Sequence record: NZ_CP029448.1
Source of the DNA: a plasmid
Length of the DNA: 64,000 bases
Strand: one strand, 5' to 3'
Below are positions 30,801 through 39,197 of the stretch, piece by piece. The translations under genes were made by a program, and so were the position numbers. The notes beneath the pieces were generated by a model that saw only the letters and a program-made list of their open reading frames with translations, was not told the origin of the DNA and did no database searches. Each line of letters begins with the position of its first letter. The first letter of the stretch is position 1.

Positions 30801-31166
30801 TTCCGTGAATTTGAAGAACAGGTTGAAGCCCGTAAGCTCAGCGATATCCCGGATGCACTGGCGGTAAACAAGCATGCTCAGGCGTATTACGGTGTATTTA
30901 AAAAAGAGCTACCTGAGGTTTTTGCGGTAAACGACGTTCAGGTGCAGGATAAGTGGACGAAGCTGGCTTTTGAAGTGGACAACATTATCGTCAAAGCGGT
31001 GGCAGAAAACTCCCTGAACCCCCAGGACATTGAGAAAGTCGTTAAGACAAGTCTGCTACCACTGCTGTTTACGGCCTGCCGGGAAATTGGTGCCGGAATG
31101 AATCAGGTTAACCGTATTGTTGAAACCATCATCCAGATACTGCGCGTTGGTTTGATGAAATCATGA
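27882..31166 (+). CDS. hsdR: Type I restriction-modification system restriction (endonuclease/helicase) subunit.
   Basis: HsdR N-terminal nuclease domain (RRPDIVCFVNGIPLAVIEAKSP). SF2 helicase motifs (HTTGSGKSYTM Walker A, DEGHRSQ DEAH box). 1094 aa. Confidence 0.9.
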   Translation: MDKHYQPKFQEEYSAKIPALTLLTSLGWTFLSPKQIMDYRGYKQDEVVLRPVLREELSKRSFMAGGKTCQLSEKALANLISQVCSPALNEGLLKANERMYNHLLYGIAVTEFVDGKKVNPTIALIDWEHPENNQFHFTEEFTVLRSGGVETRRPDIVCFVNGIPLAVIEAKSPAGHGKKGPTIDEGISQSIRNQFNDEIPQLFVYSQLLLSINGHDGRYGTCHTPMKFWAAWREEDITDPQMYALRNHPLSTEQIHALFDHRPSVDLKWYQQLIDGGELAVSGQDKLLISLLSPERLLEMTRFFTLFDKKTGKIVARYQQVFGIKRLLERISTRRPDGGREGGVIWHTTGSGKSYTMVFLSKALILHDSLKQCRIVVVTDRVDLEGQLSGTFVSGGELAGKDDKAKAMATSGQKLAQQIGSGKERIIFTLIQKFNSATKLPECVNTSPDIIVLIDEGHRSQGGENHVRMKLALPNAAFVAFTGTPLLKEDKTTNKFGPIVHAYTMQRAVEDKAVTPLLYEERIPDLEVNDRAIDAWFDRITDGLSEAQKADLKRKYARKGEVYSADDRIRLIALDIATHFSKNIDEGLKGQLACDSKISAIKYKKYLDEAGLFESAVVISPPDTREGNTEVDESKLPEVTKWWKDNVGTQDESVYTRNIISRFDTDEKLKLLIVVDKLLTGFDEPKNTVLYIDKPLKSHNLIQAIARVNRLHPLKKFGLLIDYRGILAELDTTIGKYQDLASRTQGGYDIKDIDGLYSAMSSEYKRLPHLYNQLWAIFAGVKNKNDTEQLRAVLVPKMEERDGEMVDIHQKTRDDFFEALTAFAGCLKVALQSATFFTDKSFTEQDRNLYKETVKQMSSLRQWAMQVSGEQVNYDDYAEQVKKLLDKHVTGVEVREPDGVYEVGKMGKSEKPEEWDNNKTRNETDIIKTRVTKMIEQELRDDPYAQEAFSKLLRMAIEEAEKLFDHPLKQYLLFREFEEQVEARKLSDIPDALAVNKHAQAYYGVFKKELPEVFAVNDVQVQDKWTKLAFEVDNIIVKAVAENSLNPQDIEKVVKTSLLPLLFTACREIGAGMNQVNRIVETIIQILRVGLMKS

Positions 31167-31918
31167 GTGAAAAAGAATCGCCATCAATGAAAGCGTTACG
31201 CATTGTCTATGGTGATGAGGTCATCGTCGTACAGTGTGTTCCGCGTCAGGTCGTAAAGGGCAGGGTGCTCATCAAGGTGCATCCGGACTGCCGGGTTATT
31301 GTCTCTGTACCTCCAGAAACACCGGAGCACGAGCTGTTGTCTGCGCTGAAAAAAAGAGGGCGCTGGATATACCAGCAACTGCGTGATTTCAGGGAGCAAC
31401 AGACACACATTGTTCCGCGTCAGTATGTCAGCGGAGAAAGCCATTATTATCTCGGTAAGCAATATCAGTTGAAAGTGACAGAAGACGCTACTGTGCCGCA
31501 ACGAGTGAAAATGTTGCGTGGGCGTCTGGAAGTGACTGTCAGACACAAATCGGCAGAAAAGATTAAAGCCTTGCTGGCTGAATGGTATCGGGAACGTGCC
31601 AGAGATGTTTTTCAGCGCAGGCTTGATTTACTGATTCCGCAGACCCTTTGGGTCAGTGAGCGTCCTCCGATACGTCTGCGGGCGATGCAAACTCAATGGG
31701 GCAACTGTTCAGCAAAAGGCTGTCTGACCCTGAATCCATGGCTGGTTAAGGCATCCTCAGAATGTATCGATTATGTTTTGCTACATGAGTTATGCCATGT
31801 GGCTGAGCACAACCACAGCGAGAAGTTTTACCGTCTGATGGGGCAGGTTATGCCGGGCTGGGAAAAGGTTAAGAAGCGACTGGATGGTATGGCTGGGATG
31901 TTGTTGGCAGATATGTAG
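31163..31918 (+). CDS. DUF45/YgjP-like zinc metallopeptidase (HExxH), translationally coupled to hsdR.
   Basis: LLHELCHVAEHNHS contains an HELCH motif. 251 aa. The start overlaps the hsdR stop by 4 nt. Confidence 0.7.
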   Translation: MSEKESPSMKALRIVYGDEVIVVQCVPRQVVKGRVLIKVHPDCRVIVSVPPETPEHELLSALKKRGRWIYQQLRDFREQQTHIVPRQYVSGESHYYLGKQYQLKVTEDATVPQRVKMLRGRLEVTVRHKSAEKIKALLAEWYRERARDVFQRRLDLLIPQTLWVSERPPIRLRAMQTQWGNCSAKGCLTLNPWLVKASSECIDYVLLHELCHVAEHNHSEKFYRLMGQVMPGWEKVKKRLDGMAGMLLADM

Positions 31919-31950
31919 TTTCTAACTTATTCCAATGGGCTCATTTGTCG

Positions 31951-32198
31951 GTGATGCTGCCAACTTACTGATTTAGTGTATGATGGTGTTTTTGAGGTGC
32001 TCCAGTGGCTTCTGTTTCTATCAGCTGTCCCTCCCGTTCAGCTACTGACGGGGTTGTGCGTAACGGCAAAAGCACTGCCGGACATCAGCGCTATCTCTGC
32101 TCTCACTGCCGTAAAACATGGCAACTGCAGTTCACTTACACCGCTTCTCAACCCGGTACGCACCAGAAAATCATTGATATGGCCATGAACGAACCGTT
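31951..32198 (+). mobile_element. IS1 left-end fragment (inverted repeat plus a truncated ins[10 protein letters not shown]).
   Basis: GGTGATGCTGCCAACTTACTGATTTAGTGTATGATGGTG... is identical to the IS1 left end. The homology ends near 32198. Confidence 0.85.
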
Positions 32199-32410
32199 AC
32201 CGACTTAATCGTGGTGGAGATCGTGCTGCAAATAGTGCACTTCACATCATCGCCATCGGACGCTTACGAACTGACGCAAAAACAAAGGAATATGTCGCCA
32301 GGCGTGTAGCCGAAGGACATACAAAAATGGACGCGATACGCTGTCTAAAGCGATATATCTCCCGCGAAGTTTACACGTTACTGCGCAATCAAAACAGGCG
32401 GATCAACAGT
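32199..32410 (+). pseudogene. C-terminal remnant of an IS110-family transposase.
   Basis: The translation ...ALHIIAIGRLRTDAKTKEYVARRVAEGHTKMDAIRCLKRYISREVYTLLRNQ matches the conserved IS110-family C-terminus. Confidence 0.5.
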
Positions 32411-32435
32411 ATCCCGATAACAGCTTGACTCTTAG

Positions 32436-32760
<325 letters not shown>

Positions 32761-32777
32761 ATACCGCAGGAGGCATG

Positions 32778-33950
32778 ATGGAGAGCATTAATAATCAAGT
32801 GCAGTCGGTACGCCAGTTGCTGGCCATTCCCCAACTGGCCATCCCAAGCTATCAGCGACCTTACCGCTGGGGCTCCAAGAATATCTCGGATCTCTTTACC
32901 GATTTGGCAACCCATCAGGACAAGAGCGCCTACCGGCTGGGCTCGGTGGTGTTTCATCAGCACACCGATAGTGAGCAGGGCGAGATGCTTGATATCGTCG
33001 ATGGTCAGCAACGCACCCTGACCCTGATGTTGACCGTCAAGGCGCTGATCGAGGTGCTGGATAACGAAAATCGCAGTGGCAAAGAGAAGAGTATCCGGTT
33101 TCAACGTCAGGATCTGCGTGAGCAATTGCAGGTCTTGCGTGGACCTATCGATGCGTTTATGCAGCGCCAGCGCTTCCCCAGCCGGGATTCGGAGTTCAAC
33201 CTCAGACGCAACTATCTGGAGTTGCGTCGGCTGGTGGCCCGCCCTGAGTTTGACGAGCAGCAAATTGACTTTCTGCTCAACCGCTGTCAGGTGGTCTGCT
33301 TTGTGCTGCAGGATATCTCGGAGGCGTTCCAGTTCTTCGATTCGCAAAATGCCCGGGGGCGCGATCTGGCTCCTCACGATCTGCTCAAGGCATTTCACCT
33401 GCGCGAGTTTGCCGGTCATGAGGCCAATCTCAAGGCCGAGGCGGTCGCCCATTGGGAGCGCCTGCCAAGCGACGAGCTGGCCAATCTGTTCGCCCTCTAT
33501 CTCTATCGGGTACGCCAGTGGGCCGAGGGCAAGTCGGCCCGCTACTTTGGCAAGGGGGAGGTGGATCTCTTCAAGGGGGTCAACCTAGATCGGGTAGGGC
33601 ATTATCCTTACGTGGAGTCGCTGCGCATCGCCCACCACTTTGTCGATGAGTACAACAGCCAGTACCAGCGCAAGATTGACGGCCAGTACATGACGTTTCC
33701 CTTTCATCTCGACCAGATGATCATCAATGGTCGGCGCTTTTTCGAGATGGCCGAGTACTACCAGACGCGGGTGGCCGCCATCGTGGCCGAGGAGTCTGAT
33801 TCCGGCAAGGCGCAATCTGCCACCCTGCTCGGCGAAACGCTGACACCGATGGCCAGCAAGGTGCTATCGACCCTGGGCAGTTACGAGCGACGCCACCGCA
33901 CCGGGGATCGTTATGTGCGGGCCATGTTCGACTGCGCCCTGATCTTCTAG
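32778..33950 (+). CDS. DUF262 (ParB/Srx-like nucleotidase superfamily) protein of 390 aa, with a QRxYxW motif near the N-terminus and a DGQQR motif. It is a solitary gene in a ~60% GC segment.
   Basis: IPSYQRPYRWG and DIVDGQQRTLTL motifs. There is no DUF1524/HNH partner domain. The stop codon abuts the Tn3-type inverted repeat at 33951. Confidence 0.6.
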   Translation: MESINNQVQSVRQLLAIPQLAIPSYQRPYRWGSKNISDLFTDLATHQDKSAYRLGSVVFHQHTDSEQGEMLDIVDGQQRTLTLMLTVKALIEVLDNENRSGKEKSIRFQRQDLREQLQVLRGPIDAFMQRQRFPSRDSEFNLRRNYLELRRLVARPEFDEQQIDFLLNRCQVVCFVLQDISEAFQFFDSQNARGRDLAPHDLLKAFHLREFAGHEANLKAEAVAHWERLPSDELANLFALYLYRVRQWAEGKSARYFGKGEVDLFKGVNLDRVGHYPYVESLRIAHHFVDEYNSQYQRKIDGQYMTFPFHLDQMIINGRRFFEMAEYYQTRVAAIVAEESDSGKAQSATLLGETLTPMASKVLSTLGSYERRHRTGDRYVRAMFDCALIF

Positions 33951-34040
33951 GGGTCCGCTTGGAAAACGGAAATTTTCCTACGTTAAGCGTTTTGAGCTTA
34001 ACGAGTGATTTCGTTCCATTGAGCGCGAACCCCTGACCGT
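33951..34040. mobile_element. 90-bp miniature element made of two different Tn3-family-type terminal inverted repeats placed inner-end to inner-end. It is either a TIME-like element or a deletion relic.
   Basis: GGGGTCCGCTTGGAAAACGGAAATTTTCCTACGTTAAGCG (33951..33990). CTTAACGAGTGATTTCGTTCCATTGAGCGCGAACCCC (34004..34040), the reverse complement of a Tn3-like inverted repeat. Confidence 0.5.
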
Positions 34041-34518
34041 AAGGGATGTACGGAACGATCTGACTGTCCGTTAACAGTTTTGCTTACTTTCGTACATGTT
34101 ATTGGCATGGTGTACGCAATCGTTCGGTTTCGGACACAGAAACGCTGTAGCCCCGCGAACCGAGTGATATCCAATAGCCGATTGGTTAAAAAGTAGTCTT
34201 AGCGTAGGTTATTTTCCCTTTTCCAAGCGGACCCCACTTACGTCCATGCTAAAGCGCCTGAACCACCCGTCGCTCGTATCTTACCTCTTAAGTCTTGCCC
34301 CTGAAGGTACTCACTTTTAGTTCAGGATGGGCTACTCTCCATCTCTCTTACAAGAGGACATGGGCATCTCATTTAGTTGAAATTTGTACGCCAATACAAA
34401 TGACAATCTTAGAAAGGATCTCTTGCAAATTGAAAGTAAGTTATTGATTTGCAGGATCTGAGAGTTCTGTAGTATCCTCCGTTCCGAAGACATTTCTGAG
34501 GTGTCAGGAGAGCGATAA

Positions 34519-34797
34519 ATGTCACGTCCAGCAGATAAAACAACTTCCTCTGCGAATGCAAAACGTGCATACCGGAAAGGTAAGCCAATGTCTGCCAGTG
34601 AGAGACAGCTTGCCGCGATTGCGCGGAAACGCGAAACGCATAAAGAAGTTAAGGTTTTTGTTAAAAACCCACTAAAGGACGTGATGATAGCGGTTTGTGA
34701 AGAAGAAGGTCTGACACAAGCCCAGTTTATCGAGAGGCTCCTTGAGCGAGAGCTTACAGAACGCGGTCTTTTAGATGTAAAGACTTCACATTCTTGA
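34519..34797 (+). CDS. repA2: IncFII RepA2 (CopB) transcriptional repressor of repA1.
   Basis: MSRPADKTTSSANAKRAYRKGKPMSASERQLAAIARKRETHKEVKVFVKNPLKD... matches R100-type CopB. Confidence 0.85.
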   Translation: MSRPADKTTSSANAKRAYRKGKPMSASERQLAAIARKRETHKEVKVFVKNPLKDVMIAVCEEEGLTQAQFIERLLERELTERGLLDVKTSHS

Positions 34798-34809
34798 TCA
34801 TGTTTATAT

Positions 34810-34930
34810 TGAGTGCTAGATTGTTGATGGTCTGAATAATTTTGGGTGTGCCACGCCGTAAGGTGGCAGGGAACTGGTTCTGATGAGGTATCTACCCGGG
34901 ACCAGAAAGCAAAAACCCCGATAATCTTCT
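34810..34930 (-). ncRNA. copA: Putative CopA antisense RNA region of the IncFII replicon.
   Basis: Located between repA2 and the tap leader, as in R100, with stem-loop potential. It was not aligned to a reference, so the coordinates are approximate. Confidence 0.3.
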
Positions 34931-35012
34931 TCAATCTTGGCGGAAGGAAAAGATTAACGGGGCCTTCATAAACTGCATAGAACGTGTTGCTCTATGCAGG
35001 GAGTATATGTAC

Positions 35013-35090
35013 ATGCTCAGAAAACTTCAAGCTCAGTTTCTGTGTCATTCGCTCCTTCTGTGCAACATAAGCGCAGGAAGCGGTGACTGA
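35013..35090 (+). CDS. tap: RepA1 leader peptide Tap/RepA6 ([25 protein letters not shown]), translationally coupled to repA1.
   Basis: The 25-aa ORF ends with a TGA that overlaps the repA1 GTG start. Confidence 0.6.
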   Translation: MLRKLQAQFLCHSLLLCNISAGSGD

Positions 35091-35940
35091 TCTCCTTCAA
35101 AATCACTATTCACAGGTTAAAAACCCGAATCCGGTATTCACGCCGCGTGAAGGGAAAAAGACCCTGCCGTTCTGCCGTAAGCTGATGGCGAAAGCCGAAG
35201 GCTTCACGTCCCGTTTTGATTTTTCCATCCATGTGGCGTTTTTGCGTTCGCTGGGTAAGCGTCACCGGATGCCACCACTGTTGCGCCGGCGTGCAATTGA
35301 CGCTCTTCTGCAGGCAATGTGTTTCCACTACGATCCGCTGGCCAATCGCGTGCAGCGCTCGATTACCAATATGGCCATCGAATGTGGACTGGCCACCGAG
35401 TCCAGGAGCGGCAACCTGTCGATCACCCGAGCCACCCGGGCGCTGAAGTTCCTGGCCGAGCTGGGGCTGATCACCTATCAGACGGAATATGACCCACAGA
35501 TCGGCTGTAATATCCCGACCGATATCACCTTCACCCCGGCTCTGTTTTCCGCGCTTGACGTTTCAGAAATGGCTGTGGTGGCCGCGCGCCGCAGCCGTGT
35601 GGAATGGGAAAACCTGCAGCGCAAAAAACAGCAACTGAAACCGCTGGAGATGGACGAACTGATCGCAAAAGCGTGGCGGTTTGTGCGTGAGCGTTTTCGC
35701 AGCTACCAGGCTGAACGAAAATCTCACGGCCGGAAGCGGGATACTGCACGGCGGGATGCATCACGGCAGCGTCATGACATCGAGACGCGCGTGCGTCAGC
35801 AACTGACCCGCGAATACGCCACCGGCCGCTTCAGGGGCGATAAAGAAGCGCTGAAGCGTGAGGTTGAGCGCCGTGTGCAGGAGCGCATGCTGCTGTCGCG
35901 CGGAAACAACTACACGCGGCTGGCCACTGCCCCCCTATAA
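35083..35940 (+). CDS. repA1: IncFII replication initiator RepA1 (GTG start).
   Basis: [24 protein letters not shown]..., [28 protein letters not shown] and [11 protein letters not shown] are collinear with R100 RepA1. Confidence 0.9.
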   Translation: MTDLLQNHYSQVKNPNPVFTPREGKKTLPFCRKLMAKAEGFTSRFDFSIHVAFLRSLGKRHRMPPLLRRRAIDALLQAMCFHYDPLANRVQRSITNMAIECGLATESRSGNLSITRATRALKFLAELGLITYQTEYDPQIGCNIPTDITFTPALFSALDVSEMAVVAARRSRVEWENLQRKKQQLKPLEMDELIAKAWRFVRERFRSYQAERKSHGRKRDTARRDASRQRHDIETRVRQQLTREYATGRFRGDKEALKREVERRVQERMLLSRGNNYTRLATAPL

Positions 35941-36250
35941 CATTCCTTCTTTAAAAAATCCGGCCGGCGCCGGAGGCTTTCGCACGCCTGTTGGCCGGCT
36001 ACTACGTATTATCTTATCTTCAGGCCTGCATTCCTCACCATAATTCCGGTCTTCCTGGCGTCAACGTGGCCTTAAATGTTATCGCCGGCGTCACTTCTGA
36101 CGGCCGATTTCTGTTATCCACATATAACTGCAAGGGAGTATTTCATTAGGCTACAACCGTGATACGCACAAAGCACATGCCGTCGGACTTTCAAGGCGCG
36201 TGGTTCCTTTTAAACACCAGCTCTGTACCTCTTTTAAAGATCCTTTAATA
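35941..36250 (+). other. Putative oriR (the origin downstream of repA1 in IncFII replicons).
   Basis: Position only, by analogy with R100. It was not verified by sequence. Confidence 0.3.
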
Positions 36251-36549
36251 AATCCTGTAAACACATAACCTGTTCATCGCCTGCCCTGTGGACAGGCTGC
36301 GGAGAATGCCCGCCCTTGCAGCGACCTGACGGTCGCGCCGGTTCGGCAACACCAGAGAGAGCTCCCATCGCTTCGCGACGGGCCCCGACCGGAGAACCAA
36401 ATTAGTTACAGCATTCATAAGGAAGTTCATCATAAAACCGGCGCCGGTTTGCCAGCCAGGAGCCCCTCCCCACCACTGAAAAGCGCCGCCGCCCCCGGCC
36501 GAAGGCCGGGGAACACCATCGCTTTTAATGATGGGTGTTGTAACTACTC

Positions 36550-37000
36550 TTCTTCATCGCTGTAGGTGGAGCTGTGGTCAGTTGTTTAGTACACGCTCGT
36601 AAGCGGTCCTGCGGCCCGCTAACGCGGAGATACGCCCCGACTGCGGCTGTCGCCTTGTCGGGACCACTCCGACCGCGTACAGAGGCGTCTGTGATGTTTT
36701 AAGCGGGTATGGCTTATCAGGGCGGGGGAAGGGATTGGCAGAACCTGTCAAAACAGCAGCCGGCTGCGCCGGGTAACGGCGCCATTTACCCGCGGTACTC
36801 CATTCAACTTCAGCTGGCGCCTCCATGCCGCTGACGCGGCATCCGGAAGTTTCCCATGCTGTAGACTTTAACGTCTGCTTTGTGACAGGAGCGGACACAA
36901 CATGGCTGCGTTCCTTGCATCCCGTCCGCAAACCTACGACGCCTACAGTGGAGTAAGGTGCCATCCCGTTTCCCACACTTGCACCTTACGTCAAGGTCCC
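36550..37000 (-). repeat. Copy B (inverted, diverged) of the unexplained conserved non-coding element. The core at 36593..36690 is ~85% identical to the reverse complement of 17020..17110.
   Basis: Direct comparison within the window. The overlapping ORF 36578..36976 is not credible. Confidence 0.3.
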
Positions 37001-37102
37001 GCCCCGGGGTATTTCCCCTACAATACAATCCCCTCTATTTTAATCCCTCTTCGTAATTTGAATATCTCTCTATAAATTCAATTTTTTCATAATGCTATGA
37101 TG

Positions 37103-37157
37103 GTGATATCAAATTGATATCTTCACCCACTTGAAGTGTTGATATCAAATTGATATA
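37103..37157. promoter_or_regulatory. Two copies of the palindrome GATATCAAATTGATAT(C), 39 nt apart, upstream of the toxin-antitoxin pair. They are a putative operator.
   Basis: Copies at 37103..37118 and 37142..37157. Confidence 0.4.
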
Positions 37158-37307
37158 TTAACCCTGCTTCATTTCGAAGAACGTTGAGAAACGACATAAA
37201 CAAACCGGAGAAAATCTATGGAAAACAATCTAATTGCCAAATCAGGGCACATATAAGCCCGTCTTCACTAAGAGAGGTAAATCACTGCAACAACCGAGGT
37301 AAAAAAT

Positions 37308-37592
37308 ATGACAGTCCACGTCGTTAAAAAAACCGGCGATTTCGTTCTTCGCTTACGCGAGAAAGATACGCCGAACGCCATCAGCGGAATCACGCTGGAC
37401 GCGCTGATGACGGTAACAGGGATGACTAAAACTGAGTTGGCCCACTTGGCTCTTCGTAAGCTGGCTGATGCCTATCTGCCGCATTACGAAAAAGATGATG
37501 GTCCACTCACCACTGCTCAAATCCAGGCTATTCGTGAAGCCTCAACGGCAAGCGGTAAATCGGAGGAGCGATTTAATAAAACTCTTTTATAA
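37308..37592 (+). CDS. Putative antitoxin (94 aa), possibly with an AbrB/MazE-like swapped-hairpin N-terminus.
   Basis: VHVVKKTGDFVLRLRE. The gene sits directly upstream of the toxin with a 9-nt gap. Confidence 0.4.
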   Translation: MTVHVVKKTGDFVLRLREKDTPNAISGITLDALMTVTGMTKTELAHLALRKLADAYLPHYEKDDGPLTTAQIQAIREASTASGKSEERFNKTLL

Positions 37593-37601
37593 GGAGAGAA
37601 G

Positions 37602-38030
37602 ATGGCAACTACCACTAAACCTTTTCCACAACTGCCTGAGCCAGGTGATTTTGTATGGTGTCGCTTTCCACGCCTGCCAGGATTCCCTGATACACCAGGG
37701 CCAAAGCTCCGTCCGGCATTAGTCATCGCGGTGTCGGATGCAGACCACGAAGTGATGGTTGTCTATGGGACGAGCCAGAAGACCGATAAAATCTATCCGA
37801 CTGAGTTTTTACTCAAAAAGACAGATGCCGGTTTCGCTGTATCTGGACTGGCTCATGATACGAAGTTCGATATGGCAGTTCGCATTGAGCTTCCCTACGA
37901 TAGTGACTGGTTTGATCTTGCTCCTATTAAAAATGGGGTGGCTACGATGTCGCCGGTAATGGGTACACTGCACACAACTTACATGGCTGCTGTGAAGCAG
38001 GCCAATGCAAAAGTGAGTCAAGCTGCATAG
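37602..38030 (+). CDS. Putative MazF/PemK-like toxin (142 aa).
   Basis: PEPGDFVWCRFP...GPKLRPALVIAVSD...VMVVYGTSQ resembles the PemK/MazF N-terminal pattern. A terminator hairpin follows. Confidence 0.45.
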   Translation: MATTTKPFPQLPEPGDFVWCRFPRLPGFPDTPGPKLRPALVIAVSDADHEVMVVYGTSQKTDKIYPTEFLLKKTDAGFAVSGLAHDTKFDMAVRIELPYDSDWFDLAPIKNGVATMSPVMGTLHTTYMAAVKQANAKVSQAA

Positions 38031-38056
38031 TTGCACTCAGCAACCTGTTAAAAAAA

Positions 38057-38083
38057 TCCCCGCTGCTGGCGGGTTTTTTGCCT
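38057..38083 (+). terminator. Rho-independent terminator (cccgctgctggcggg followed by tttttt) after the toxin gene.
   Basis: Seen directly. Confidence 0.55.
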
Positions 38084-38303
38084 TCTATCGGATTACATTC
38101 GGATACTGAAGTCACTATTCCAGGAGTGCCTGAAGATCAGTTTGTGTCTCAGGCTCTCTGCTCTGCCTTACCTGTCGCGTATAACTCATCTCCCCGGGAA
38201 GACTGGGCTCCTTTTGCATCGCTGGTTCTGGAAGCCAGTTACGAAGCAACGTTGCTGGCAGGTGTTCTGAACTACCGGCGTACAGGCAATCCGAGAGTAT
38301 ATG

Positions 38304-38465
38304 GGGGTCGTCTCAGAATTCGGAAAATAAAGCACGCTAAGGCGTAGTCACCCCGTGACTCCCCCGCGCCGATGCAGCGAGCTTCGTTCCGTCTTGCAGT
38401 GACGCAATCAGCGGGCAGGAAACGTTCCCTTTCCGCGCATGGCAGGCGCACACCAGTTCAGACAG
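38304..38465 (+). repeat. Second copy of the mercury-transposon terminus: IRmer (38304..38341) plus ~125 bp of merR-distal sequence. It is identical to 46288..46449 and abuts the Tn5403-like left inverted repeat.
   Basis: Perfect match to the start of the mer transposon. The similarity ends exactly where the Tn5403-like inverted repeat begins. Confidence 0.8.
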
Positions 38466-38497
38466 GGGTCGGTTCCGGCTGAGGGCGAAATGACACC

Positions 38498-39103
38498 CTA
38501 AGCGTTAGCTCTGTGTCGTTGCACGATGTCAGCGACGGTATTCTTGCTGATACCGAGCTCGCGTGCGATCCAGCGATAGCTGCGTCCCTCGGCCCTCATC
38601 GCAACCACCTTAGGCAAAAGTCGGTCTGATTTTGGTCGCACTCCGGCCTGACGACCAAGCCTCTTACCACGTGCCTTCGCAACAGCAAGGCCTGACTTGA
38701 CCCGCTCGCTGATGAGATCCCGCTCAAACTCCGCAATGCCGGAAAGAAACGTCGCCAGCATTCGTCCATACGGCGACGAAAGATCGAACGCCATTCCATT
38801 CATGGCTATCACGGAAACCTTCCAGTTCTCCAGTTCACGTAGCGTATTGAGCAGATCGAGCGTCGAGCGCCCCCACCGGGAAAGCTCAGTGACCAGGATT
38901 GCATCAATTTGTCTGGACTGGGCAAGCGCCAGGACTTTCTTTCGCTCGGCCCGGTCGAGTTTAGTTCCTGAACCTGTTTCCTTAAATATTCCCACCACGT
39001 CGTAGCCGGCACGGCCGGCGAAGGCTCGCAGATCAAATTCCTGGCGTTCACAAGACTGATCCGCTGTTGAAACCCGGCAGTAAATGGCGGCACGATGTCC
39101 CAA
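38498..39103 (-). CDS. tnpR: Serine recombinase (resolvase) TnpR of the Tn5403-like element.
   Basis: [21 protein letters not shown] carries the catalytic Ser. There is a C-terminal HTH. Confidence 0.85.
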   Translation of the reverse strand: MGHRAAIYCRVSTADQSCERQEFDLRAFAGRAGYDVVGIFKETGSGTKLDRAERKKVLALAQSRQIDAILVTELSRWGRSTLDLLNTLRELENWKVSVIAMNGMAFDLSSPYGRMLATFLSGIAEFERDLISERVKSGLAVAKARGKRLGRQAGVRPKSDRLLPKVVAMRAEGRSYRWIARELGISKNTVADIVQRHRANA

Positions 39104-39197
39104 TTGAACCCTCCTGGATTTTTGTATCGGAACGCCCTGATTTATATGGGCTGGCTGTTGTCCAAAACAGACTATACTTCAAAAGGGACGAATTTGT
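39104..39197. promoter_or_regulatory. Putative res site and divergent promoters between tnpR and tnpA.
   Basis: Position only. Confidence 0.35.

Noticed and set aside
36578-36976. 132-aa minus-strand ORF over the structured element copy B
   Set aside because: The composition is implausible (W/R/G/P-rich). The region is conserved at the nucleotide level with copy A in a way that does not preserve this frame.
38078-38347. 89-aa ORF after the toxin-antitoxin terminator, running into the duplicated IRmer
   Set aside because: It starts inside a terminator hairpin and ends in transposon inverted-repeat sequence. It is probably not a gene, or at most a destroyed remnant.
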